Shown here: positions 1-11,426 of the stretch, piece after piece
How positions within the stretch are numbered: the first letter of the stretch is position 1
Layout of the letters: every line of letters begins with the position of its first letter
NCBI GenBank assembly: GCA_017467105.1
Contig: JAFTSU010000028.1
Location: forward strand, 15,217 to 79,216
From: Clostridia bacterium
Lineage (GTDB): Bacteria > Bacillota > Clostridia > Oscillospirales > CAG-272
Direction: 5' to 3'
Length of the DNA stretch: 64,000 bases
Notes under the pieces: model-generated
Told to the model about the DNA's origin: nothing
Databases searched by the model: none
What the model saw: only the letters and a program-made list of their open reading frames with translations
Translations under genes and position numbers: made by a program

Positions 1-348
1 TTTATCCTTCCCGGGAGCGCGCTTATAAAGGCTTTTTCCTCTTGCAAAGTAAACCTCTCCCGTCTCTGCATCAACGTATGGAGATGCGCCCTCGGCAATT
101 GAATCGTAGCATATAACGACCTCATCTGTCAGAAAATCAACGTAACCGAGGTTTCTGTCACGCGGTGAATAAACGGCGTTTGGAGTTGCGTGAAACCAAA
201 GATACCTGCCGTCGTTTGTCATTGAGTTATTTATAAAGTAAAATCCCTGCTGATATTCGGCGAGGCGAGTAGAAAGCACGTAATGCGCGGCACCGCTTTT
301 CTCGTCAACTATTTTTTTAAAGTGCTTTGAGGTCTTTGGTGTTTTCAT
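1..348 (-). CDS. 3'-truncated CDS (first 116 codons in window); beta-propeller protein resembling oligogalacturonide lyase (PL22-like)
   Basis: Absent from the ORF track because it runs off the left edge. The reverse strand reads ATG(348) MKTPKTSKHFKKIVDEKSGAAHYVLSTRLAEYQQGFYFINNSMTNDGRYLWFHATP... and stays open to position 1. The spacing of the SG..V..L, YF and NDG elements recalls Ogl-type N-termini (weak, from memory). Confidence 0.35.
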   Translation of the reverse strand, partial: MKTPKTSKHFKKIVDEKSGAAHYVLSTRLAEYQQGFYFINNSMTNDGRYLWFHATPNAVYSPRDRNLGYVDFLTDEVVICYDSIAEGASPYVDAETGEVYFARGKSLYKRAPGKDK

Positions 349-398
349 AATAAAATCCTTCTTTTTGTCATTATTCCCGTACGGTTTCAGCCTTTTTG

Positions 399-2741
399 TT
401 AAAGAACATATTTAGTAAAGCTTCCTTCCGAGCAAATAAAGGACTTTCCGCGGATCTTCAGAATCATCTCCATTCCCTTCGGGATCTCTGCGTAGAGCTT
501 GATCACATCTCCAAGGACGCTCCACTGAGCCTTCAGCTCACCGTATGGGGTCATAACCGAGCCCTTAGCCGACGTTATATCACCAAAATCTATTTCGGGC
601 GGAGCAAATTCAACAGCCTTCCAGCCGTCAAGCACCGGCTTTATTCCAAGCAGGTGCATAGGAAGAAGAAACGCGGGAGCTCCCGACCAACCGTGGCACA
701 TAGTATTGTTAACGCCGTTTTTGCGAAGCTCGGGTAGGGTTGGCAGGTCGTTAAACGGTTCCCAGACCTCACGAAGCACGCGAAGAGCTTCCTTATCAAA
801 GCCACATTCAAAAAGCGATCTGCACACGAACATCGCGCCGTACATACTTGATACGGGATTGATCTTCGCGGGATCGGGCTTGACCGCCCTTTCGCCGTTT
901 GACCATTCGCCAACCGCCATCTCTCCGAGATATTCCGGATCGAAAACAGCGCTTACGACCGCGCTTTTTAATTCCTCGGGACAAATTCCGCTCAATATTG
1001 CAAGGCAATTAGCCGTTTGGGAGCGAAGCGATCTTTCGCCGTCGGGACGAACAGCATCAAAGAAGGTTCCGCTTTCGGGATCGTAAAATATCTCAAAGCA
1101 TTTTCGTCTCAGCTCACCTATTTCTAAGTACAGTTTTTCGCTTATTAAAGAGGAGAAAAATGGGTGGGCGTGAAGACGTTCAACGGTATGAATAAAATAT
1201 GCGTTGCTCATAAGAAGCAAGCCCTCGTCCTCGGAAAAGCCCCAATCCCAGAAGCCGTCACCGCCTTTGGCGGTGTCTATAAGTCCCTGCTCGTTGCGCT
1301 GAGAGCAAAGGTAATTTATTAGCCTTTCGGCGGTTGGCAGGAGAGGACGAACCGAATTGGAGTCGCCCGAGAATAAAACGTAGTCGCATAACATATTGAG
1401 CCATAGCATATTATACGAGGTCATTAATATCCAATCAGGGGCAAGGTCGCTTGAGGTATAAGCCCGAAGAGAGCCGTTTGGCATCTGAGAATAGGCGTGC
1501 TGATAAATAGTGTCAAGCACAAGACCGCGATCAGGCTCGGAATAATAGGTTCCGAGGCAATCCATATATGCATCACCGAGCCAAAGCACTCGCTCGCGAG
1601 TGACGCAATCGGTAAAGCCGTCAATCGTGCAGATACGCTGTGTCCGTGCGCTTTGCTCAAAGATGTTATTTATTTTGGCATCGCTTGAAGCAAACGGACG
1701 GCGTTCGCTGTAAGGGTATTCTTCCTTCACGGCGGTTATCGCAGTGATCCTGCATTTGCCCGAAGCATCCGCCATAACGTAGCGAAAGCCTCTTGCCATA
1801 GCCGTAGTTACGCTGCCCGAGCCGCTCTTCAAAATAAATTTATCACTGAAGCCGAATGCGCGGCAATTGTCAATATAGCCGTCGGGATTGAGCATATCGT
1901 CGTAGGAAACTATAAGCTCGCAGCCGTCCTCGGCGTTTTCGTAGTGTATAACAGCCGTTCCCGAAAGGCTGACGCCAAAATCGGCAATAAGATAGGAGCC
2001 GTCTCCGTTTTCGGTGCCGTTTTTGCGCGTACGCTGTGGGACCTTATTCCAGAAGTCCTCTCTCTCGCAGTCCTTTTCGGTGAATGAGCCCTGCCCTACC
2101 ATTTGCCCTAAAAGTGCAACGTAATTAAACAGCTTCAAGGATCGTTTTTTATAATTTTTGTGAACCCCATCACAAACTGTGCCGAGTACTCTTGCGTTTT
2201 CCCAAGCGTCGTCGCAAAAATCAAGCTCTTGCCAGCCTGTTGGATAAAGCCGCATATCGCAGATCTCTCGAAATCCGAAGTGGGACATCGGCTCGGCTGA
2301 ATCAAGGTATCCGTCGCACTCTGCCGCCTTCCAGCTTTCATCTGTGACGACAACGCCCTCCGGAGTATCCATTTCGAGCCATAGCATCTTCTCGCCGAGA
2401 CGGTGAGTGGCACACTCAACGCCGATGTGATGAACAAGCACGGCTAAGAGGTGTTCTCCCTCGCCCAAAGCAACGGAAAGCTCGTCGTATTCATAAGAAA
2501 ACTCGGGGTGTCTGACAGGTCCGCGGTTAATGAAGTTACCGTCTATATACAAGTTGTAATAGGTATCCGCACTGATTTTCAAAGTGCATTCGGCAGAGCA
2601 AGAAAGCCTGATCTTTTTACGGAAAACAGTATAACTGTTTTTTGAGCGGCTTTCCCTCTTCGCCAAAATACGAAATGCCTTGAAGGTACATTCCGGGTTT
2701 TTAAATGATGTAACATTCATTTTGATATGATAATTCTCCAC
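399..2741 (-). CDS. GH78-like six-hairpin glycoside hydrolase (alpha-L-rhamnosidase family)
   Basis: 780-aa ORF. The N-terminal region (YYNLYIDGNFINRGP) is typical of the rhamnosidase N-domain and the central/C-terminal region looks like an (alpha/alpha)6 domain. The GTG start at 2741 lies only 8 nt after the upstream topoisomerase gene; an alternative ATG is at 2720. Confidence 0.55.
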   Translation of the reverse strand: MENYHIKMNVTSFKNPECTFKAFRILAKRESRSKNSYTVFRKKIRLSCSAECTLKISADTYYNLYIDGNFINRGPVRHPEFSYEYDELSVALGEGEHLLAVLVHHIGVECATHRLGEKMLWLEMDTPEGVVVTDESWKAAECDGYLDSAEPMSHFGFREICDMRLYPTGWQELDFCDDAWENARVLGTVCDGVHKNYKKRSLKLFNYVALLGQMVGQGSFTEKDCEREDFWNKVPQRTRKNGTENGDGSYLIADFGVSLSGTAVIHYENAEDGCELIVSYDDMLNPDGYIDNCRAFGFSDKFILKSGSGSVTTAMARGFRYVMADASGKCRITAITAVKEEYPYSERRPFASSDAKINNIFEQSARTQRICTIDGFTDCVTRERVLWLGDAYMDCLGTYYSEPDRGLVLDTIYQHAYSQMPNGSLRAYTSSDLAPDWILMTSYNMLWLNMLCDYVLFSGDSNSVRPLLPTAERLINYLCSQRNEQGLIDTAKGGDGFWDWGFSEDEGLLLMSNAYFIHTVERLHAHPFFSSLISEKLYLEIGELRRKCFEIFYDPESGTFFDAVRPDGERSLRSQTANCLAILSGICPEELKSAVVSAVFDPEYLGEMAVGEWSNGERAVKPDPAKINPVSSMYGAMFVCRSLFECGFDKEALRVLREVWEPFNDLPTLPELRKNGVNNTMCHGWSGAPAFLLPMHLLGIKPVLDGWKAVEFAPPEIDFGDITSAKGSVMTPYGELKAQWSVLGDVIKLYAEIPKGMEMILKIRGKSFICSEGSFTKYVL

Positions 2742-2749
2742 TGATGCGG

Positions 2750-4747
2750 TTAAATATCCGCATCTTTTATATAAAGGTGTCCGAATTCCGTGATAAATTT
2801 CTTTCTCTCTGCGAGAGCATCACCGAGGAGAACGTCGAACATTTTTGCGGTCTCCTCCGCATCTGAGGGAGTAACGGCGATAAGGCGACGGGTCTGAGGG
2901 CACATAGTGGTGCGCCACATCATATCGGGCTCGTTTTCGCCAAGTCCTTTGGAGCGCTGAATGGTGTACTTTTTATTGCCGAGCTTTGAAATAACTTCCG
3001 CCTTTTCCTGCTCGTTATAAGCAAAATAGGTTTCTCCGCCCGAGGTGATCTCGAAGAGAGGAGACTCGGCAATATAGATCTTTCCCTTCTCTATAAGCGT
3101 GGGGAGAAGTCGGTAGAACATAGTGAGGAGAAGAGTTCTGATCTGGAATCCGTCCTCGTCCGCATCCGTGCATATTATTATTTTATTCCACTTAAGCTTG
3201 TCGTAATCAAAGGTGGCGATATCGCCCTTCTTACCCTTGTCTACCTCAACGCCGCAGCCGATAACACGGAGAAGATCCACTATGATATCGCTGGCAAATA
3301 TCTTGTCGTTAGAGCTTTTCATACAGTTCAGCGTCTTACCTCTGACAGGCATGATCGCCTGGAACTCCGCATTTCTGCCAAGCTTACAGCTGCTCATAGC
3401 AGAGTCACCCTCTACTATGTACACCTCACGTACAGAGGGATCCTTAGAGCCACAGGGAACGAACTTCTCTACTCTGTTTGATACGTCCATAGAGCCTGCG
3501 AGCTTCTTCTTGATCTCGCGCGTGGTGATCTCCGCCTTTTCTCTGGCGCGCTTGTTGAGTAGCACCTGGGACACTATGGTATTAGCGTCACTCTTATGCT
3601 CCGTAAGATATATCTCCAGATTCTCCTTGATAAAATCGGTAAGCGCCTTCTGTATAAATGCGTTGGTTATCGCCTTCTTCGTCTGGTTCTCATAGGAGGT
3701 CTGAGTAGACGCGGAGTTCACAATGACTGAAAGGTTGTCCGAAATGTCAGCAAACGAGATCTTCGACTCATTTCTCGTGTATTTATTCTGCGCCTTTATG
3801 TACTTATCTATTGCGTACACGAAGGCGTTCTTCACAGCCTTGTCAGGCGCTCCGCCGTATTCGAGGAAGGAGGAATTGTGATAATACTCGGTCATTCCCG
3901 ACTTGGTAAAGCAAAAGGTGATCTCCGCCTTGAGCTTGTAATCAGGCATATCCTCTCTGTCACGGCCGCGAGTCTCAAGATTCCAAAGAACAGGCTTGGT
4001 GAGAGTGATGCCCTCCGTGATCTCGGTGATGTAGTCCGCTACGCCGCGCTCGTAATAAAACTCGGTCTTGTCGAACTTACCCTTGGCGTTCTCTACCTCA
4101 AGAATAAATCTGATGCCCGCGTTGACAAACGCCTGACGGCGAAGCGTTGCCGCAAGGAAGTCAACGGGAATATCTATTTCCTTAAATACCTTAAGATCGG
4201 GACGCCATCTAATGATTGTTCCGCGGCGCTTCATACCAGATATAATATCCTTGACTTCAAGCTCACCTACCGGGTTTCCCGCCTTGAAGTTCATAGCGGA
4301 GCAGGTCTTGCCGTTATAGGACTCGACACGCATATACTCCGATGAATACTGAGTTGCGGTAGCGCCGAGACCGTTAAGACCCAGCGAGAACTCGTAGGCG
4401 GAGTTGCCGTTATTATTGTCGTACTTACCGCCTGCGTAAAGCTCGCAGAATACGAGCTCCCAGTTCCATCTCTTCTCCTTCTCGTTATAGCCGAGAGGAA
4501 CTCCTCGTCCGAAGTCCTCCACCTCAATGGAAAGATCCTGATATTTCTTTATGTAAATTTTATCTCCGTAGCCCTCGCGAGCCTCGTCAACGGAGTTTGC
4601 AAGTATCTCTATAAATGAGTGCTGACATCCGATAAGATCGTCCGAGCCGAAAATAACAGCCGGTCTCTTCCTTACTCTGTCAGCGCCCTTAAGGCTCTTG
4701 ATGCTTTGGTCGCCGTACGCCTTTTTAGCAGTAGTCTTTACAGCCAC
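2750..4747 (-). CDS. Type IIA DNA topoisomerase subunit B (GyrB/ParE family, divergent)
   Basis: 665 aa. It has a GHKL N-terminus (RVRKRPAVIFGS, EILANSVDEA, GLNGLGAT), Toprim motifs (YIVEGDSA, CTDADEDG) and a C-terminal KGLGE. GTG start with GGAGGG SD. No A subunit is adjacent. Confidence 0.85.
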   Translation of the reverse strand: MAVKTTAKKAYGDQSIKSLKGADRVRKRPAVIFGSDDLIGCQHSFIEILANSVDEAREGYGDKIYIKKYQDLSIEVEDFGRGVPLGYNEKEKRWNWELVFCELYAGGKYDNNNGNSAYEFSLGLNGLGATATQYSSEYMRVESYNGKTCSAMNFKAGNPVGELEVKDIISGMKRRGTIIRWRPDLKVFKEIDIPVDFLAATLRRQAFVNAGIRFILEVENAKGKFDKTEFYYERGVADYITEITEGITLTKPVLWNLETRGRDREDMPDYKLKAEITFCFTKSGMTEYYHNSSFLEYGGAPDKAVKNAFVYAIDKYIKAQNKYTRNESKISFADISDNLSVIVNSASTQTSYENQTKKAITNAFIQKALTDFIKENLEIYLTEHKSDANTIVSQVLLNKRAREKAEITTREIKKKLAGSMDVSNRVEKFVPCGSKDPSVREVYIVEGDSAMSSCKLGRNAEFQAIMPVRGKTLNCMKSSNDKIFASDIIVDLLRVIGCGVEVDKGKKGDIATFDYDKLKWNKIIICTDADEDGFQIRTLLLTMFYRLLPTLIEKGKIYIAESPLFEITSGGETYFAYNEQEKAEVISKLGNKKYTIQRSKGLGENEPDMMWRTTMCPQTRRLIAVTPSDAEETAKMFDVLLGDALAERKKFITEFGHLYIKDADI

Positions 4748-4779
4748 TTTTATCCCTCCGAATTAATTTTCCACTCTAC

Positions 4780-4808
4780 ATTTTAACATATTTTTTTAAA
4801 AAAGTCAA
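4780..4808 (-). promoter_or_regulatory. sigma-A type promoter for the topoisomerase B gene
   Basis: On the reverse strand: TTGACT (4808-4803), 17-nt spacer, TAAAAT (4785-4780), about 30 nt upstream of the GTG start. Confidence 0.6.
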
Positions 4809-4900
4809 TGATGTAAATAATAGTTTTCGTTATGGTTTCGGAAAATAGCGAAACTTTTTCGTATTATCACGGTCATACGGTGTAAATAATTGTTTTCTTT

Positions 4901-6967
4901 TTAGTGCTGCCGAACGAGGATCATGGCGGAAGTCTTTCCGTTCGGGAGAGGTATTTCGTCGGTGTCTTCGTAGATCGTGCCACTGATAAGATCAAGGTAG
5001 CTATCACGCTCCTTAAGCTTCACCGAGCCGCCTTTTCCTCTGGAAAATACGCCGAGAAATCTGTTATCGCCATAAATAACGGCGTCATTTGCCTCCGTGT
5101 AGATCTGACAGCCCGCTCTCTTTGCCATAGCTCGTATCTCACTGCTCTTCATATAAGGCTCCGTAATCAGAATTCTCTTCGTATCACCTATCGGTTCTCC
5201 CTTAATCATCGGGAAATCGTACAAATCAGCGTTAAAGTTCGAGATTATTCTGTGACCTGTGAGCTTCTCTGACAATGATAGATCAAATCCGCCCTCTCCC
5301 CACGCGCCTGCGGCATAGGAGAACGCAACGGTGACCTCATCGGGAAGAGACGCTATAATGTCCCGAGTTTTATCATCAACGTAGAAATTCTGCGCAAAAA
5401 CTATAAGACGGTAGCCCGTAAGGTCGAGAGTATGCAAGTCACTTGCTCTATAAACGTCAAGAAGAACTCCCGAAAGATTGGCTTCGTTTATAAATTCCCG
5501 CAAAAAGCCCTTGTGCAGATCCTTGCTCTCGCGAGTGAACATCATTGATCGCTCGTCAAATACTATAAGCATATCGGAGATGCTCTCGTGCTTTTGGCAT
5601 CGCAGCAGATCGTTAACATGAACCATCCGGGAAACGAGTGACATAAGATCGGGCGAATCGAACCAACCTCCGCCAAGATCCATCCACCAGAATCCCGAAT
5701 CATGAGAAATATCCTTTGCAAGCTCTCTCCACATCACCCAAGCCGAATCGGAGTAGCAGGATGCAACCAAGCCATCCTTTATATCACTTTCGTTCTCAAC
5801 GGCGAGATAAGTCCTGTTATCAAGTTCATCAACGAAGAGCTTGGACAAATTAATAGATTGAGCGGGACAAATCTCCCCACCGGGCTCACCTATACCCGAT
5901 CGGGCATATGCCTTTGGAGAAGCAAAGAAATCAACGTAGTGAGAGTGAAGAAGTCTCTCTAACGCGAGATGCCCCGAGTATGCCGCATTATCAATATATA
6001 GAGAGTAGCCGTAGAATGCTCCTACAAGCTTCTGTGTTTTGTTTTTTACAATTTTAGCGAAATATTCGAGGGCAGAAGCATTCGTCTCGGAGACAAACTC
6101 ATCGTAATCAATGCATATCGCGTCCTCTCTACTTCCTCGCATAAAACACGTCAATGTATCTGCCTTGCCGGTTCTCTGCTCCGGTGTAGGAACGCAGAGG
6201 CTCTCTATTGTCAGCTCCGGCTGGCACCAGGCTTCTCTGAGCGCTTGAAGGCTCCCGTATTTTTTGAGACCGTAGTCAAAGAATGCACGGCGGTTGTTAA
6301 TGCCATAATCGCCGTAGCGCTTGTTGATTCTGCCCCAAGTGACAGTCTCGCCCGAGATGCCGTACGCAAGATGATAGCCAATGATCCTGTCGGCATATTT
6401 ACCGAATTCAAGTCGGTCGACAAGACGTGTCAGAGCTTCGCCGGCATCCACAAGCCACTTTTCAGATGAAAAGCTCTGACGTGCTATCATCCCTCCAACA
6501 TTTGCCCGCTTATCTACGTAGTCACCCGAGCGATAGTATCCGTTTGTAGCATCGTATCCGAAATAATCCTGCTTGTCGGTTCCAACCATTGAGGCGATCT
6601 CCTCCCTAGTCTGTGGACCTCCGTAATATACGAAAACGTCCTCCGGATTCTCCCTACACCAATCTATCGGTACGTTAAGCTTAATTCTGGGAATAAATAA
6701 AACGTCGTCACCCGCTGAAAAGACTGACTCGAGAACTCTGTCAGTCAATGAGTAATCGTATTCATTGACGCCCATCCACCCCAAGTGCAAAATACACGTG
6801 TGGATCTTTACGTCTCTGGATAAAAAATCGATGTGGTGCTTTACGTATTTTTCAAAATTTTCAGTAAAAACAAGAGGCTTTCCTTCTTCGTTTTTAAGTG
6901 GAGGATCGTAGCAAAATCCCAGCCTCGACCAGAAAACAGGATTACATTTTAAATATTCCGCGTTCAT
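4901..6967 (-). CDS. Putative glycoside hydrolase, GH42-like (beta-galactosidase-type TIM barrel)
   Basis: 688-aa cytoplasmic ORF. The N-terminal region (ILHLGWMGVNEYDYSLTDRVLESV...IPRIKLNVPIDW) resembles the GH42 barrel pattern. Assigned from memory only. Confidence 0.4.
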   Translation of the reverse strand: MNAEYLKCNPVFWSRLGFCYDPPLKNEEGKPLVFTENFEKYVKHHIDFLSRDVKIHTCILHLGWMGVNEYDYSLTDRVLESVFSAGDDVLFIPRIKLNVPIDWCRENPEDVFVYYGGPQTREEIASMVGTDKQDYFGYDATNGYYRSGDYVDKRANVGGMIARQSFSSEKWLVDAGEALTRLVDRLEFGKYADRIIGYHLAYGISGETVTWGRINKRYGDYGINNRRAFFDYGLKKYGSLQALREAWCQPELTIESLCVPTPEQRTGKADTLTCFMRGSREDAICIDYDEFVSETNASALEYFAKIVKNKTQKLVGAFYGYSLYIDNAAYSGHLALERLLHSHYVDFFASPKAYARSGIGEPGGEICPAQSINLSKLFVDELDNRTYLAVENESDIKDGLVASCYSDSAWVMWRELAKDISHDSGFWWMDLGGGWFDSPDLMSLVSRMVHVNDLLRCQKHESISDMLIVFDERSMMFTRESKDLHKGFLREFINEANLSGVLLDVYRASDLHTLDLTGYRLIVFAQNFYVDDKTRDIIASLPDEVTVAFSYAAGAWGEGGFDLSLSEKLTGHRIISNFNADLYDFPMIKGEPIGDTKRILITEPYMKSSEIRAMAKRAGCQIYTEANDAVIYGDNRFLGVFSRGKGGSVKLKERDSYLDLISGTIYEDTDEIPLPNGKTSAMILVRQH

Positions 6968-7150
6968 ATTTTAACCTCGAGAGAAGTATTTAAAACAATT
7001 ATAACACCGGGCACAAATGCTGTCAATAATAATTATCGCATTACAATTTATCATTTCGTCTCACGGTCCTTGACACAGAAAAGAAAAATTGATATAATTA
7101 CGATCGTGGCGGTTATTTAATTGAACTATTACTTTGGAACGGAGGAAAAC

Positions 7151-7987
7151 GTGAAGCAAATAGAATACAGAATAGACGAAGCGGATGACGGAATAACCGT
7201 AAAGGAGCTTTTGCTTCGCGAAAAGATCTCAAATAATCTACTAAAAAAAGCGAAAATGGGCGGTATATCCGTCTTTGGCGAAGCCGTTACGGTGCGTAGG
7301 ATTCTTCACGCAGGAGATATTCTGATCTTGAAGCTGCCGGAGAAGAAAAGCGATGGCATAGAGGCTATGGATATCCCTCTTGACATAGTATACGAGGACG
7401 ACTATCTGTTAGCGGTGAATAAGCCGCGAAATATGCCTACGCATCCGTCAAAGGGAAACAGTCTGCCCACGCTTGCTAACGGGGTCATGGGCTACTTCAA
7501 GGGGGATTTCGTCTTCAGATCAGTAAACAGACTTGACAGGGATACGTCGGGGATTGTGCTTATAGCAAAGGACCAGCTGACCGCAAATACGCTCTCGCAG
7601 GGAATGCGACGGGGCGATTTTGTTAAAAAATACAGATGTACGGTAGAGGGATCACCCTGCCCTGATCACCTTCTCATAGACGCGCCGATAAGACGGGAGA
7701 ACGAGGACTCGGTAAAGAGGATCGTCGCCCCCGACGGAAAGAGGGCGCTCACCGAGTACAGAGTAATAAAGGCTGACGGAAACGTAGCGGTGTGCGATAT
7801 TTCTCTATACACGGGAAGAACGCACCAAATAAGAGTACATATGGCTTATATCGGGCACCCTCTCGTTGGGGATTTTCTCTACGGTGACAGAGAGTCCGGA
7901 GACTTTGATCTGACGTGCGTGAGCATATCATTTACACATCCAATAACGCATAAAAGAACGGAAATATCAATAGAAGACAAATCATAA
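7151..7987 (+). CDS. RluA-family 23S rRNA pseudouridine synthase (RluD-like, S4 domain + catalytic domain)
   Basis: Catalytic motifs NRLDRDTSGIVL and GRTHQIRVHMAYIGHPLVGDFLYG. I prefer GTG 7151 because GGAGGA lies 4 nt upstream; the ORF track start is TTG 7121. Confidence 0.85.
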   Translation: MKQIEYRIDEADDGITVKELLLREKISNNLLKKAKMGGISVFGEAVTVRRILHAGDILILKLPEKKSDGIEAMDIPLDIVYEDDYLLAVNKPRNMPTHPSKGNSLPTLANGVMGYFKGDFVFRSVNRLDRDTSGIVLIAKDQLTANTLSQGMRRGDFVKKYRCTVEGSPCPDHLLIDAPIRRENEDSVKRIVAPDGKRALTEYRVIKADGNVAVCDISLYTGRTHQIRVHMAYIGHPLVGDFLYGDRESGDFDLTCVSISFTHPITHKRTEISIEDKS

Positions 7988-8040
7988 AACAGTCGATAAT
8001 ACAAGGTCTGCCCTGCATTATCGACTGTTTTATTTGTTTT
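7987..8040. terminator. Hairpin terminator between convergent rluD-like and ligA
   Basis: AAACAGTCGATAAT (7987-8000) pairs with ATTATCGACTGTTT (8017-8030), followed by a T-rich run. Confidence 0.7.
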
Positions 8041-8065
8041 GTGATTTGTATTAAGAATTAAGGAC

Positions 8066-10096
<2,031 letters not shown>

Positions 10097-10287
10097 TTAA
10101 CTTTTCATTGTTCCGGTATACCGATCGTTAATTGCGTATCGGTAACGCAAATTATCATCTGAAATATATAATTGCAGTCTGTCTTCTTAATTATATCATA
10201 AACAGTCTTTTTTTTCAAGAATTTAAAAAATATATGAGAGTATTTTTAAAAATAACCGTCAAAAGAGATTTTTCAGAAAAAAAAGTA

Positions 10288-10315
10288 TTGACTTATTATA
10301 ATAATATGATAAAAT
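10288..10315 (+). promoter_or_regulatory. Promoter of the YitT-family gene (extended -10)
   Basis: TTGACT (10288-10293), 16-nt spacer containing TG at 10307-10308, then TAAAAT (10310-10315). Confidence 0.5.
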
Positions 10316-10343
10316 ATTATTGTACTTTGTTCTGTACAATAAT
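10316..10343. promoter_or_regulatory. Perfect 10-bp inverted repeat over the predicted transcription start (operator or 5' hairpin)
   Basis: ATTATTGTAC (10316-10325), 8 nt, GTACAATAAT (10334-10343). Confidence 0.4.
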
Positions 10344-10369
10344 CAGTTTTAGGAGGTCGGAGATAAAAA

Positions 10370-11278
10370 ATGCACACGGTGGATTGTGAAGAAAAAAAGA
10401 AACGCATTGTCGGTGGCCTCCGGTATTTCGCTTTTCTGAATCTCGGAATATTGCTGATGACAGTCGGAATATTCTTTTTTAAGGCTCCTAACGGATTTGC
10501 CACAGGCGGTGTCAGCGGACTTTCAATAATACTTGCAAGGCTGTTACCCACATTCAGCCAAGCTACGTATATGCTGTTTATAAACCTTACGCTGCTGATC
10601 GTCGGCGTTATTGTTCTTGGCCGTGAGTGCGGAGGGTTGACGATATACTGCTCGCTGATGATGTCTCTTGAGAACAGGCTTTTCGAGTGTCTTATTCCCC
10701 TTAGCGAGCCATTGACTCACTATCCGCTCCTGGAGCTTATCTATGCTGTAGTTCTGACGGGGGTGGGCTCAGCAATTATATTCAAATGCAAGGCGTCATC
10801 CGGTGGCACGGATATTGTAGCCCTGATACTGAAAAGGAACACGTGCATGAACGTCGCCACCGCACTTTTATGCACGGACCTACTTATTGCGTGCTGCTCT
10901 TTCCTGGAATTTCTCGACACGGGGGTGGGCATAAACTTTGAGGTTGGCTTATTTTCTATAATGGGACTGTTTGCTAAGGTATTCATCGTAGACGATATTA
11001 TCGACTCGATCAATATGTGTAAATCCTTCACGATCATTACCCGGGAGGCTGATCTGATCATCAATTATATCACCGAGAATATGCATCACAGCGCAACGGT
11101 AGTTGATGGCAAGGGCGCGTTCAGCGGTGATGAGAGAACGATTATTATGACCGTTTGCAAGAGAGGTGAGGCAATAAGACTGAGGAAGCGAGTTTACGAA
11201 ATCGACCCACATTCCTTTATTATAATAACGAAAACCAGTGAGATTCTCGGAAAGGGCTTCAGAGATAACGTACAATAA
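10370..11278 (+). CDS. YitT-family membrane protein (DUF161 repeats + C-terminal DUF2179)
   Basis: 302 aa. Multiple TM helices with GFATGGVSGLSII and SSGGTDIVALIL motifs, and a soluble C-terminal domain. Confidence 0.8.
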   Translation: MHTVDCEEKKKRIVGGLRYFAFLNLGILLMTVGIFFFKAPNGFATGGVSGLSIILARLLPTFSQATYMLFINLTLLIVGVIVLGRECGGLTIYCSLMMSLENRLFECLIPLSEPLTHYPLLELIYAVVLTGVGSAIIFKCKASSGGTDIVALILKRNTCMNVATALLCTDLLIACCSFLEFLDTGVGINFEVGLFSIMGLFAKVFIVDDIIDSINMCKSFTIITREADLIINYITENMHHSATVVDGKGAFSGDERTIIMTVCKRGEAIRLRKRVYEIDPHSFIIITKTSEILGKGFRDNVQ

Positions 11279-11363
11279 TTCACTCACCGCCCAGGCTTCA
11301 CGACAAACCTAAAGCGCGGATAATCGGAAAGCATCTCACAAAAAGCTTCATTAATATGATAGA

Positions 11364-11392
11364 ATCCCCCCGAAACGCTGTCTCGGGGGGAT
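11364..11392. terminator. Hairpin between convergent genes (weak U-tract)
   Basis: ATCCCCCCGA (11364-11373) pairs with TCGGGGGGAT (11383-11392). Confidence 0.45.
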
Positions 11393-11426
11393 ATTATAAG
11401 ATATGACTAACAGCACTGCCTCAGGC

